In this document: positions 24,698 to 38,000 of the stretch, piece by piece
How positions within the stretch are numbered: position 1 is the first letter of the stretch
How the letters are laid out: each line of letters starts with the position of its first letter
From: Paraspadella gotoi
Taxonomy: Eukaryota > Animalia > Chaetognatha
Assembly (NCBI GenBank): GCA_051294375.1
Contig: CM119263.1
Location: 27,316,264 to 27,380,263, forward strand
Reading direction: 5' to 3'
Length of the DNA stretch: 64,000 bases
Notes under the pieces: generated by a model
What the model was told of the DNA's origin: nothing
Seen by the model: only the letters and a program-made list of their open reading frames with translations
Database searches by the model: none
Position numbers and translations under genes: made by a program

Positions 24698-25586
24698 CTT
24701 CTCTCTCTCTCTCTCTTCTTCGGTAAAAGGGCGAAAAGACAACGAGCAATTATGTGATAATGTACTGTATTGTGGGCCCAGGGGAGCGGAGAGCGAAGGG
24801 GGGTCAGAGAAAACAGGGGGTGCATTTAGAAAATCTGAGGGTCCCTTCTTAATAATTCCAGCTTTATCATTATCACGTTGATATCGTTTCGTCGTTATCG
24901 TCGTCATCGATCGTCGGCCAGTCGTCGCCAGTCGGTCGTAAGACACTGCGAAAATTCAATTACTGGCATCGAATATGAGCCGAAAATAGGTTTTTTTTTT
25001 AATTTTTTTTCATTCTTGATTTCCATTGACATTGAGTTTAGGCATGTCGAGTAACCTGCAGTAACATTGTTTAATCATCCTGTAAATTAGAGGTCTGGCT
25101 TCGAAATGCCGTTTTTACAGATGCGTCGATTTGTTAAATCAACGAAATATATAAAACAAATTAAAGAACGAAATGCGGGACTTTTTTAGACTTTAAAACC
25201 CGAAAAAATTACGAGTCGCATCCAGTTTCATCTTTATCTTTTTTGGGTTCGAATCTCCGTCAACCCGGGTCACACGTTTCTTCCCCTCAAAGCATTAACC
25301 TCCTTTTTATTCTTTTTTCTTCTTCTTTTTTTTTTTCAAGCTAAAATTTAATTTAAAATTTAATATTTATAATGGCGGCAATCTTTTTTCGGATGCGAAA
25401 CTAACCATTCGTTTCGACATTTCGATCGCGAGTATTCGACGAGAGACAGAGAAGAGAGAGGTTCAAAGGGTCGATCGTAGTGAATTCCGGGACGCGTGTG
25501 AGAGAGAGAGAGAGAGAGAGAGAGATGAAGAGAGGAGAGACGAGAGAGAGATGAGAGAGACGGTCTGAGGAGAGAGATGAGAGAGA

Positions 25587-25629
<43 letters not shown>

Positions 25630-26709
25630 TAAGGAAAAAAAGGGCGGAAACCGTTAGCGATTCAAGGTGAGAATCGGAGACCGAAAAATTTCTTTGGCTG
25701 TCGTTGGACGTTAAATTGAACGCCGGAGATAATAAAGAGAAGAAAAAGATGGTCGAGAGTAGAGAAGACGGGAGAAGAAAGGTCTAGATAAGGAGAAAAG
25801 AAGAAAAGAGATGGAAAAGGGAGAGAGAAAAAACATAAGTTTTAATAATGAGAGAAAAATTTGAGAAGATCTGTTTGCGATGGAGCGGCGGAAGGCGATT
25901 TTTGTTTGTAGTCGGCAGGTCGCCTGGGTTCGAGTCTGCAGCTCTAACCAAGGTCGGGAATTCCTTCAGAAGATATTCTGCATACCGTCGTTTTTCTCAG
26001 AAAGAGATTCTTCGAAAAACTTTTTGTGAACATGTAATGATCTCGAGTATAAACGTCGAGTTGGAATGCGTTATGGACGCAAATTTAGAAAAGAAAAAGA
26101 TAGAAGAGAATAAAAATGGAAAAGAGAGAAGAAAGAATAGAAAGACAATTAAAAAGAAAAAAGATGAAGAAAGAAATTTAAAAGGGAAAACGAGAAGGAG
26201 GAAGATTTTACAAATGGGAAAATAAGAATAGAAAGAATTAAAAATGTGGAAAGATAGAAAAGAGAAGAAAAACAGGAAAGTGTAAAAGATGGAAGACAAA
26301 AAGAAAAAGAAAAGAAGAAATTAAAAAGAAAAAAAGAAAGAAGAGAGCGGAATGTTACGTAAGTCGTGGTTAGATTGGTGTGCGGTGACCGGAGATCACA
26401 GTCGGACAACTGAGATGAGATGACAAGAGGACGATATTCTGCAATTAGGACGAAACCAGAAAAAACTGAACGTAAGAAAGAAAGAGCTCAAGGTCTCCCG
26501 CGATTGTTCAGTTTGTTTCGTTGGTCGAGGATGATCGGCTTGTGTAGGAATTGACAAGGTTTTCCGGCTTTCAGTTTTGGGTCATCTCGTGATCATGACT
26601 CGAGCATGGCGCAACTTTACCCGCGTTGGTCCCTTCGGCCCATTCGGTAATTATTTTCTAATACATAGCAAACCTAGTGCTTCACTGCCAGCAGTAATGG
26701 TCCACCAAG

Positions 26710-27945
26710 TCGCTTCAAGGAGTTTTATAACAAAAACGGCAATAGAAATCAGTCGCTTCAAGTTGTTTTTTTTTAAATGTTTATGAACTAATCATAGGGA
26801 GAGAGACTATAAAGTAGGTGAACGTTCAAGGTTGTGTTTGTTTATTTTTATTGAATACAAAAACAGTATTGGACCAAATTGTAAAACGAGACGTGAAAGA
26901 ACGTAACAGATAAGAGACTAAACGTATTAAAATGTCGAAACGACGAAAACAAATGACACTGAACTTAAATGAAGCGCGATGAAGTAGATATTATGAGACG
27001 AATTCGATAAGAAAGCTAAAGAGAATATAAGGAGATCAGATGTTAAAATATATCTAGAAAACGCGCAGAGAACTGTTAAAAAGTGTTTGTTACTTGTGAT
27101 GTAGTAATGGTGGATATCAAAATTAGCAACGGTGATCATTAACAGCGTAAAGAAGGACGGTGGAGACGTATCGGAGTTAAGCGGATATCAATGAAGCGAG
27201 CGTAAGAAGACTTAGCACTAAGGACTACGAGCGTAACAAAAAAAAAAATTATGAACATTTAGCCAAAATGTTAAAACTATTCATTTAAATACTGTAAAAG
27301 CAAGGTCAGCAACAACATTCAAAAGAAACGTTTCACAACGTTTAAACGCTATCTAACGTCGGAAAAGAAAGAAAACCTTTTTTGTTTGTTAATGAGAGTA
27401 ATATATTTTAAAAGAAAAAATTTTATTTTTGTTTTTTTTTTTTTTTTTTTTTTTTTTTTAGCTTTAGCTTTCTTTTTTTTTATTTTAATAACAGAAAGAA
27501 CGATATTAACATAATTGAAACAAATTTAGTAACAGATCATAACAGCGTAAAAAGATGGAACCAGTAAACAAATAAAAACGTACGACTGGATAAGAAATGA
27601 TAGCGATTAAAATAACTCGATAAAGGTAGACGATATTACTAGAAAAGTGTTAAAAATTGGTCCGTAAGCAAAAATTGCGAAAAAAAGCGTTTAAAGAACG
27701 TTAGACGTAAAAGTATCAAGATTGAAAGATGATTAAAGAATCTTCAAAATATAAAGAACAAAAAGCATTAGTGTGAAAAAGAAGAAAAAAAAAGAAAAAA
27801 AACGTTAGAAAAACGTTTAAAGTGTTAAACAAAAAACAACTTTTTCAACATTATAGTGTGATAATGCTTAAAGTTAACTGTGTTTTAAGCTGTATGTTTT
27901 TTTTGTTGTTTTTTGTTTGTTTTTTGTTTGTTTTTTTTTGTTTTT
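26710..27945 (-). mobile_element. Stack of 5'-truncated LINE 3'-UTR fragments, each ending in a poly(A) tract
   Basis: Several T-runs (26765, 26835, 27421-27480, 27895-27945), each followed on + by sequence related to the element's 3' UTR. Examples: 26930-27030 ~ 28005-28090 (aaaacaaatgacact/aaaacaaaagacact); 27690-27875 ~ 28170-28355; gatcattaacagcgtaa at 27134 ~ 27535. Confidence 0.55.
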
Positions 27946-30867
27946 GTAAAGAGCAACATTATTATTTTTAATTCAAAAAGTAAAGAAGCTAATTTAAGTT
28001 AAGAATTGCAACGCAAAACAAAAGACACTACCGATTAAATGGACGTGGATGAAAAGTAGTGTATGAACTAATCAATAAACTATAAAAAATACAACTTCAA
28101 GAACGGCTTTAAAATTTAAATTTTATATATATTTTTTTTTTTATATATATATATTATTGTTTTTAGCCAACGTTAAAACGTTAACGATAAAAGTGTCTAG
28201 TATTGTTGAAATGATAAAAATCTTTAAAAACATTAAAAACAAAAACATTTATTAGTAAGAAAGGTAAAGAAAACAAGAAACATTAGAAGAAACGTTTAAG
28301 AAGGTGTAAAACAAAAACGTTTTAAAACATATAAGTGTTAATGCACAAAAAGTTTAAAATATATGCCCAAAATATAATTGTATAATGTTAATGTTAATAA
28401 GTAAGAAATATGTGAGTATTAATTTGTTAGAGATTAGAAGGGCCAGAAGCGGACCCGGCTGTCTAATAATTAATAATAGAAATAGAAAACTCCGTCACAA
28501 ATCAACACATATTTCAAAGGAGGCAAATAAATACAAAGGAGACGCTAATAAAAAACAAAGATGCTAATGAAAAAAAAAGGAAACTGCTAACAACAAAATT
28601 AGAGACACTAATAAATAAACAAAAAGAACGTAACTGTCACGTATAGTCGAAGAGCAAGAATGATTCGCCGTACCGATCAAGCATCAATAGAAATACTAGT
28701 ATAAAAGTGCATAAAATAAAAAATTAGAAAATAGTGAGTAACAAAGTAATTTTGCAAATTTTTCATTATCATGTATAAACCGATTAACAGACACATACTA
28801 CATACAAAATTAGTTTATTGTGGTCCCTTATACCAATACCAGATACCGCTCATTGATTAAACACAGTTTCCAATAACCAATTCTAACTTGTTTTAATTTA
28901 GAGTTTCCCCACTCACTAGTCCATCTTCAATTTGAATACACACAGTTACATTAGCCCAATAATAATTCGTTTTTTGAAGACTCCATCTGCCACTTAATTG
29001 GGAAGCCAATAGTCCTTGTTTCTTATTATCTTTTGCTCAAAGATGAACAGACAAATAGTTTTTCGCAGAAGGTCTTTCAACGGCTCGATCTGCAACGATG
29101 CGCTGAATCCTTCTCTTCTCATCTCATTGAATTATAGAAGATCTTAGAGTAAAACCTAATTTATTTTCTTAACCTTACTTAGCGGCCCTGGTCTTGTCGT
29201 TAAAACCCCTAAGAGGGCTCATTCCGGTATCAATCTCTCTTATCATTCAAGATTTTAAAGTGTATACTCAACTTCTCCCAGAGTCTTTACAACCACTCGC
29301 ACTGAGTCAAAATGATGCGCGAGTCGGCTGCGACGTGCTACACGACGCAGCACAAAGCTCAACAATACCGATCACCTCTCCTACATAGTGAAGTCGATAG
29401 TAATGCGTGTCGCAAAGATGTGTAAGACTTAGCCTGGGGCGCCGAAAGGTAGAGGACCTGGCAGTGAGTGAAGAGGTTAGCGAGGAGTGATAAGTTGCAC
29501 CCAGAGTGGCCCTGCCATCATGTGCATTAAAAACTTAATTGGCGCAGAAGTACTCGTTTCCCTTAGGTATCGTTCGATGAATGTTCTACGCGACGCCGTA
29601 AACATTAATCGTCAATTTATAATAGTCTCGTCGAATTGATGATATTCACTCAAACCTCCTATTGGCCGCCCTGTACCTCTTAAATTGAAGTCAGGAGGAT
29701 GATGTCAGTTACAATATTTTTTCAATCTGCTTCCCTCATCTACATTGGATATCAAAAATTTCCTTCTCTGTGGAGCGAGGGTTTCGGATTCATGTGGCAT
29801 GTGTTCAGGATAAATTGACGCAACAAGTCTTGAATGGTCTGGTTCAGACTATGATTTACCGAATGAACTTATAAATACTCCATCTGAATTTCTAAGTTCA
29901 CACAGTTAGGTGATTATAATAAAGTGGTAGGATTATCAATGAGGAAACCGTGGTCAAATTGAAAGGCAGGCATTGACCAAGCCTCTTACCGCACTCGGGA
30001 TAATGTGGAGGCCCGCTATACCAAATGGTATTCCCTGCTACCTTTGCCCTAAGGCTATTCCAATCCTATTTTGAAAAACCACTGCCTGTCCTCCACATCG
30101 AAGCGTCAGTCGCACTCAAAACTCTAGCGAAAAGATTCTTGAGGCATGTTTGAATAACCTATTTAATCCACATTATGCTCTGTGCTGTTAACCTGTATCG
30201 TCTTGAATATTCATTTAATTGCGTCCACCGGATGGTTAATGAGGGAATTCCCGTCAGCACGCTATTCGCTTGAGCGATATCATTTCTTTTGCTGCCATGA
30301 AACATTCAATTGTTCTACTGTTCAGTTCTAGAGGAGTCGGAATGATCTCCCAGAGCGTCAAGCAATGTGGTGTCTAGTACGCGAGTAAAGCAGGGAATAG
30401 CAGACAATACAGGGTAGCTAGCGTTCGCCCTGCTAAGGTTGACCATGGGTGCGAGCTGGTCCAAGAGTCAGCGCTGTCTGTGATGAGCTCTTAAGAGAAA
30501 GATGCAGGACGAGAAAGTTGTGCTGTTATCAGAATACGCGCGTCGGAGGGCGCAGGCGCGCAGCATCTGAAGATCTTTGCCATGTCTTTCCAGGGCGCGA
30601 GGACGCGAGCAAAGGATGCTTGGTTTGATTTCGTTCAGGAGGCCCTAGAGCCACAACCCCATGATTTACTCCCTGTTAACCTTGACCGCTGCCCTTTCAT
30701 ATAACGAACTGGCTTATCCGTAAAGGCCTCTCTACGGATGCGCTCTGACCCAGGAAACCCTGGGTGTCATCAACGTAGACCCCTACCTTTCTCTCAGCCC
30801 CTTTAATCTTAATTCCCTCTATTCATGTCGATGCCGGGTGCTGGTAGGTAGGAAGAAGTAGCAGAGA
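27895..30867 (-). mobile_element. L1/Tx1-clade non-LTR retrotransposon, 3' half of ORF2 (RT C-terminal part to end) + 3' UTR + poly(A); 5' part lost in N gap
   Basis: The minus strand gives IEGIKIKGAERKVGVYVDDTQGFL in one frame (YVDD at 30766-30777), matching the L1/Tx1 'I.GI.I.....K...YADD' RT motif. Frameshifted downstream blocks: YERAAVKVNRE..MGLWL, W....TLAGRTL, a C..C...H....C..LWEK zinc-knuckle-like stretch at ~29270-29355, and a terminal FKK..W....CIQIEDG at ~28880-28990. T-run (poly-A on minus) at 27895-27945. Confidence 0.8.
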
Positions 30868-32714
30868 NNNNNNNNNNNNNNNNNNNNNNNNNGAGAGAGA
30901 GAGAGAGAGATCCGGAAATAAAGGAAAAAAGGGCGGAAAACGTAGCGATTCAGGTGAGAATCGGAGACCGAAAATTCTTTGCTTCTTTTTCTAAATTTGA
31001 AACGCGAGATCGAATGAAAGAGAAGAAAAAGGAGGTCAAATAGAGAAGAAAGAGAAGAAAAGGTCTAATAGAGAAGAAAAAAGAGATGAAAAGGGAGAGA
31101 GAAAAAACATAAGTTTTAATAATGAGAGAAAATTTTGAGAAATCTGTTTCGATGGACGGAAGCGACTTTTTTTGAGTTTGTATCGCAGGTCGCGGGTTCG
31201 AGTCTCACTCTAACCCAGAGTCTGAAATTCCTTCAAAGAAGACTATTCTGCCGTCGGTTTCTCAGAAAAGAGATTCTCGAAAAAAACTTTTTGTGAAATG
31301 AATGATCTCGAGATAAACGTCGATTGAATGCGTTATGGACGCAAGAATTTGAAAGAAAAAGAAGGAAGGAGAGAAGGAATTTAAAATGGAAAAAGAGAGA
31401 AGAAGAATAGAAAGAAATTAAAAAAGAAAAAAGATGAAAAGAAAGAAATTAAAAGGGAAAAAGAAAGAAGGAGAGGAAGATTTTAAAATGGGAAAATAAG
31501 AATAGAAAGAAATTAAAAATGGGAAAAAAATAAAAAAAGAAAAAACAGAAATTAAAAATGGAAAAAAAAGAAAAAGAAAAGAAAGAAATTAAAAAGAAAA
31601 AAAGAAAGAAGAGGAGCGGAATTACTAATCCGTTAATTGGTTCGTGGACCGGAGATCACATCGACAACTGAAGATCGAATGGACAAGAAGGACGATATTT
31701 CTCAATTAGGACGAAACCAGAAAAACTGACGTAAGAAAGAAAAGTCAAGGTCTCCCGGTTTGTCAGTTTGTTCGTGTCGAGATGATCGCTTGACATGTAG
31801 AAATGGCAAGATTTTCCGGCTTCAGTTTGGTAATGTCGAGATCATGACTCGACATGGCAACTTTACCCGGTTGTCCCTTCGGGCATGTCGGAATTATTTC
31901 TAAACATAGACAAACCTTAGGGCTTCACCTGCCAGAGTAATGTTCCACCAGAGCTTCAAGAGTTTTTTATTAACAAAAACGGCAATAAAATCAGTGCTTC
32001 AAGTTGTTTGGGTTTTTTTTTTTAAATTGTTATTGACTAAATCATAAGAACTATAAATATTACGGTTCAAGTTTTTTATTTTTTTTTTTTTATTAATACC
32101 AAAACAGTATTGACCAAGTTAAAAACGAGTGAACAGTGTAAAGAAAACGGTAACAAGTAAAACTAAACTATTAAAATTCAACAAAGAACAAAAAGACACT
32201 AACGTTTAAAAATGGAATGCGTGAATAAGATATTATGAAACTAATTCATAAGAACTATAAAATATAAGAGATCAGATGTTTTAAACAGTAAAAATTTTTT
32301 TTTATTAGTAATTGATACAAAAATACAACGGGATCATTAACAGCGTAAGAAAGGACTTGAACGGGTATCGAGTTAACGGTATCAAATAACAGCGTAAGAC
32401 TAGCACTAAGACTAACGACTAAAATAAAAAAAATATACATACCAAAATGTTAAAACATTCATTAAATACTTAAGAGCAAGAGGTTCAGGCAACAAAGTTT
32501 TCAAAGAAAACGTTTAACAGACGTTGTAACGCTGGATAACGTCAGAGAAGAAGAGAAACCTGTTTTCTTTTAAATGAGATAGGAATATATTTTAGTTTTT
32601 TTATTATTTTATTAAAAGAAAAATTGTGTTTTTTTTTTTTTTTTTGTATTAATACGCAAAACAGTATTGAAAATTATTAAAAGATTAAAATTAAAATTAT
32701 TAAAAGAAAAAATT

Positions 32715-34769
32715 TTGTTTGTTTTTTTGTTTGTTTTTTTTTTTTTTTTTAAAGAGCAACATTATTATTTTTAATTCAAAAAGTTAAAAAACTAATTTAT
32801 TAAAATTCAACAAAACAAAAGACACTACCGTATTAAATGGATTCGATGGGAATGAAAATATTATGAACTAATCAATAAACTATAAAAAATAGCAGACTCA
32901 AGAACGGTTTAATTTAAATTTTATATATATTTTTTTTTTTAATATATATATATTTTGTTTTTAGCCAACGTTTAAAACGTTAACGATAAAAGTGTCTAGT
33001 TTGGTTGAAATGATAAAAATCTTTAAAAGAACATTAGAAACAAAAACATTTATTAGTAAAAAGGTAAGAAAACAAGGAAACATTGAGAAGAAACGTTTAA
33101 GAAGTGTAAAACAAAACGTTTTAAAACATTATAAGTGTATAATCACCCGAAAGAAGTGGTTAAAATATATGCCCGAAAATATAATTGTATATGTAATGTG
33201 TAAGTAAGTTAAGATATGTATGAGTATAATTGTTAGAGTAAAGGGCAGAGCGGACCCCGGCCTGTCTAATAATTTAATAAATAGAAATAGGAAAACTACC
33301 GTCACAAATCAACACATATTCAAAGGATGCAAATAAAACAAAGGAGACGCTAATAAAAAACAAAGATGCTAAGAAAAAAAAAGGAAACTCTGCTAACAAC
33401 AAAATTAGAGACACTAATAATAAACAAAAAAAGCGTACTTCACGTATATTCAAGAGCAAGAATAGGATCGCCTACATCAACATCAATAGAAATACTATAT
33501 AAAATCATTAAAATAAAAAATAGAAAATGTGAAACAGAGTAATTTTGCAAATTTTTCATATCATGTTATAAACCGATAACAGACACTACTACGATAAAAA
33601 TTAGTTTATATGTGGTCCTTAATACCAATACCAGATACCGGCTCTTGATTAAACAAGTTTCCAATAACCAATTCTAACTTGTTTTAATTAAGTTTTCCCA
33701 CTCCATGAGTCCCATCTTCATTTGAATACACACAGTTACATTAGCCAATTAATAATTCGTTTTTTGAAGACTTCCATCTGCCACTTAATTTGGGCAAGCC
33801 AATAGTCCTGTTTCTATATCTTTTGCTCAAGATGAACAGACAAATATTTTCCCGAAAGTCTTTCAACCGCCATCTCAACATGCCTAATCCTTCTCTTGCT
33901 CTCATTTGAATATACGAGATCTTAGAGTAACCTAATTTATTTTCTTAACCTTACCCTTAGCCCCTGGTTCTTGGTTAAAACCTAAAGGCTCCATTCGCGG
34001 GTTATCAATCTCTCTTATCATCAAATTTTAAAGTGTATACTCACTTCTCCCAGAGTCTTTACGAACGCAGCGGTCGCACGTGAGTCAAAATGATGCGCGA
34101 TGGCTCACGTGCTACAACGACCAGCAAAAGGCTCACAGAATACGATCACCTCTCCTACATATGGCGTGAAGCCATAGTAATGCGTGGTCCCAAAGATTTA
34201 AGACTTAGCCTTGGGGGCGCCGAAAGGTAGAAGGACCTGAGCAGTGGAGTGAAGAGGTTAGTCGAGGAGTACGATAAGTTGCGACCCAGAGTGGCCCTGC
34301 CATCATGTGCGAGTTGAAAAACTTAATTGGCGCGAGAGTACTCGTTTCCAGGGTATCGTTCATAATGTCTTACCACGCGCGTAAACTATTGAATCGTCAA
34401 TTTATAATACGTTTCCTCGGTCGAATTGATATTTCACTCAACCTCCTATTGGCCGCCCTGTACCTCTTAAATTGAAGTCAGTGAGGATGATCAGTCTTAC
34501 AATATTTTTTTCAATCTGCTTCCCTCATCTACATTGGGATATCAAAAATTTTTCTTCTTCTCTTGGAGCGAGGAGTTTCATTCATTGGCATGTGTTCAAT
34601 AAATTGACTAAGCAGTCTTAATTCCTCGTCAACTATGATTACCGAATTGACTTGATAAATACCTCCATCTGAATTTTCTAAGTCACACTGTTATGTATTA
34701 TAATAAATTGGTAATTTATCAATAGGGAAATTACCTGGTCAAATTGAAAGGCAGCGATGTCCTAAGCTC
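32715..34769 (-). mobile_element. Second (probably redundant) copy of the same L1/Tx1-like element 3' portion
   Basis: Collinear with 27895-29970 and differs mainly by single-base indels. Ends at a 25-N gap. ORF terminus reads ...EDG...WENLIKTS* at ~33674. Confidence 0.75.
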
Positions 34770-35059
34770 NNNNNNNNNNNNNNNNNNNNNNNNNTAAAAG
34801 AAAAAATTATTTGGTGATGACACTCAGTTCTTTTATTTATAGCTTAATTACTATTGTCGCTTGAAATCGCTGAAATTCACCCTGCCGCCTATTTTTTCAT
34901 TAAACCATCGAACTCCTAAAGTTATAGCTATGATAATCAGTCATTAGCTAGGCTTTCTGACTGTTTTTTACAATTCGAATGTAAACAAAGCCAACAAAGG
35001 ACCTAAAAATAAAATTCCTTCTAAGTCTGCAATATGCAAATAATATTTTGAAAACGATT

Positions 35060-38000
35060 AATTTTCAGCTCGGTTCGATGGATCCGTCTTTCCTGAATCT
35101 TAAGGTGACAAGATGTTTTCCCCGCATTTTTCATTTCACGCGGAGTCGAAATGTCACTTCTCATCACGTCCCCGCATTCACGCTACCACAACAAAACTCT
35201 GGGTCCCTCTCCTTCTCTTCGGATATTTTTTCTTTTCGTTCCCTCTCGGCCTCTCGGTTACAAGTGACACGAATACAAGATTAATCGAAACAAGTAAGAG
35301 TAATTGAACCTGTGAAAATAAGTTATCAAGTAATGAGGGGCAATTTCGGGCGTAATTACGGTAATGATATTATTTTTTTTTAGGAAAAGAGAGAGGAGAA
35401 AGAGGAGAGGAAGAGAGAGAAGGAGAGGAGAGAGAGAGGAAGAGAGAGAGAAGGAGACGGTTAAGTTTCAATTTATGACGAGGTTCTCTAGAATGTTCTC
35501 TAATGTTCAATTGATAGGCTCTCTTTTCCAAAACGGGCATTTCTTGTTTCCTTAATGACGTTTATTCTTATTATAGAAAAATGTAACCGTTAAATAAAAT
35601 TACAACCAGGACCAAACCCGAAGTCACTATTATAACACACATGAATGCCTACAACACGGCTTAAATGCTAATTCGTCATTAAAACGCCTAAACTAGTCTT
35701 TAATCTGCTTAATATCTAATCTATTACTGCCAGAAAATCCGTAGTCATAAACTAATGTCCATGTCCTGATCCGAAAAAACTTGACATATTTTCCTTAGGA
35801 TTCGAAAACTTCGGAATATCGAGAATAACCTCTAAGCCGCCTTCTCGAGCGTTGTCTAGTGGTCCAAGTTCTCTTAAGCTCGGTTCTCAGTTTAAGATTT
35901 CCAAAGTTCTGTAAGTAACATGGACAGAGTGGTTCTCCATGTTGAAGACGGATCATCGCACAAAAGAAGCGGGACACGCCGACAGCAAAGACACGCGGTG
36001 ACAACGCAATTCAGTAAACACAAAGCAAAGTGGTAGAAACATGTAGAAAGAAAGAGAGAACGTAAGAAAGAAAGAAACCTATGGAAACGTCAATTGGCCG
36101 AGTCGGCGACCTTAGAAATGAAGGTTCGCACAGTTGAATTTGTATATTCGAATAGAATGAAATATCGAAAGTAAAGTTTTTGAAAGGATAAATTGCGAGA
36201 ATAAGTGGAGAACAGAAGAGTGTAGAGCCAGTCTTGTGTTGAGCGTACTCTTGCGCTGTGGAGTGTTGTTTCTATTTTTTTATGTTAGGTTAATTTTGAA
36301 ATTTTAAATTGGTTTAAAGATTCTAGCGATGTTGAATAATACTTGTCAACCAAAACCAGCCGGGTCGATCCGTAATCATCTCGTCTCGCTAGAGACTGCG
36401 GGTCCGTATCGTTCACTAACTTACCGCGGCATGACAAAAAGCATTTAAGCACGAACACATTTGACTAATTATTTTATGTTTTCGGCAAATCAATCTGCGA
36501 ATGATACTAATTTATCCGATTCAGGCCACTCCTTCCTCCTTTCTGCTATTTTTGTCCTCGAGTCTCGTTTAAAACGAAAAAAAATGTGACAAAGAATTGT
36601 TTTTTTTTTTCCTGTCGCCGAAGAAAAGGGGGCTTCAAAGATTGGAAGCCGAAGCTGGTGGGAGTTTAGGGAGAGGGGGGTTTGGAAGTCGCGTGGGGTG
36701 GTGAGGCATTTGTGGTGGAAAGGTGGCGGTATTGTGTCCTTGGACCTAAAAGAGGTACTTTTCTTTCATTGGTCGGGTAAAATGGAGATGCAAGGAGTGC
36801 CGACTGAAAATGCCGCCGTCTGATTAAATCCCATTGCAATCCGCTGGCCGCGACTAAGATATCGGCATCTTGCTACCAGGGTGACAGACTAACGTCCTGG
36901 GAGACTAGCCCAACTTTTTCCGCGCGAGATCCGGCTTTCTGGGCGGGAGCAAAAAGATTACACGGACGTCGGGCCGGGGCTTTCGCCTCGAGTCGAGCCG
37001 GTCGTCCGTCGGCCGCACAACAAAGAGCGGAAAAATAAATTAAAAAAAACACACACAGCTCACAGCGAAAAGAAAAAGTTTACGAAAAAGGGAAATAGAC
37101 AGCACGCAATGACTCGAGATTCGTCGCCGCAATCTTCACCGCGGCATCGATCAAAGTCATGTGTGTTGTTAAACAACGCGTACTTCTTGTAAGCGAGGAT
37201 GTCAACGTGGTCGGCGTGTTGAAAGGTGGATTCAAACCGAACTGGAGGGTTGCGATGCCCAGGTACGACAGAAGCGCGGTGCGTGAGTTGCTTTTTCTCC
37301 TTCCGGTTTTCTGTATTATTCTTTGTTTGTAAAAACACTCATTGGTTAACATAATGTTCGCTGCAAAAAGCCGTGTGGACTTGGGTGTGTCTACCGGCAT
37401 AAAACTTGTGCCCCCGGACCATAATGTTTAGTTCTTTACAAACTTACCCAGTTACCTTCCCAACATTCTTTGCAACTGCAGGGGTATAACTCTACGACCC
37501 CGCTCTCTCCTCAGATCCACCTCCAGTCACCCTTATCGCCATCTCACTTCGCCGTATCATCACTCTCCGTACCACCCGTCGCCATGCTCTGCCCACCGCT
37601 GCCATCCTCCCTCACATTTCTAAACCTTCCATCCTTTGGATCCNNNNNNNNNNNNNNNNNNNNNNNNNAGAGAGAGAGAGAGAGAGAGAGAGACTGGTTA
37701 ATTTCAATTTATGAACGAGGTCTTCTCCTTCTTAAGACTGGATTCTCTATGTCATTTTGGCTCTCTTTTCCAAAAGCACCGCATTTCTTAACCTTAATCT
37801 ATTACCAAACCCTAAACCCAATCTTTAACCCTGATGCCTGACCTTAATTGCTAACCTGATATTTCATCTTAACCCTAAACCCTAATCTTTAATCTCTAAT
37901 TCTAATCCCTAACTCTAATCCAAAACCCTCATCACTAAACTAATCCTTAACCTGATCCCTAACCCAAACTTATATCTAAATCTTTAATTAGAAAAGGAGC

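Larger units (their letters stand above)
25600..34769 (+). repeat. Direct duplication: 25600-29970 repeated at 30893-34769 across a 25-N gap
   Basis: Both start with (GA)n-atccggaaat-aaggaaaaaa-gggcggaaa and stay collinear to ggtcaaattgaaaggcag (29952 / 34737). Differences are indel-dominated. Exact 25-N gaps at 30868-30892 and 34770-34794. Confidence 0.9.

Noticed and set aside
30738-30760. Minus-strand WVRAH, resembling the RNase H WV.(G/A)H motif
   Set aside because: It is an alternative frame immediately beside the YVDD motif and lacks the following G..GN..AD; coincidental.
28880-30867. Endogenous viral element hypothesis for the coding-like, balanced-GC block
   Set aside because: The motif order (GIKI...YVDDT, KVNRE, GLWL, LAGR, Cys/His knuckle, 3' UTR, poly-A) fits L1/Tx1 ORF2 better.
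37780-37985. Interstitial telomere
   Set aside because: Highly degenerate 6-mer tract; no perfect TTAGG/TTAGGG array.
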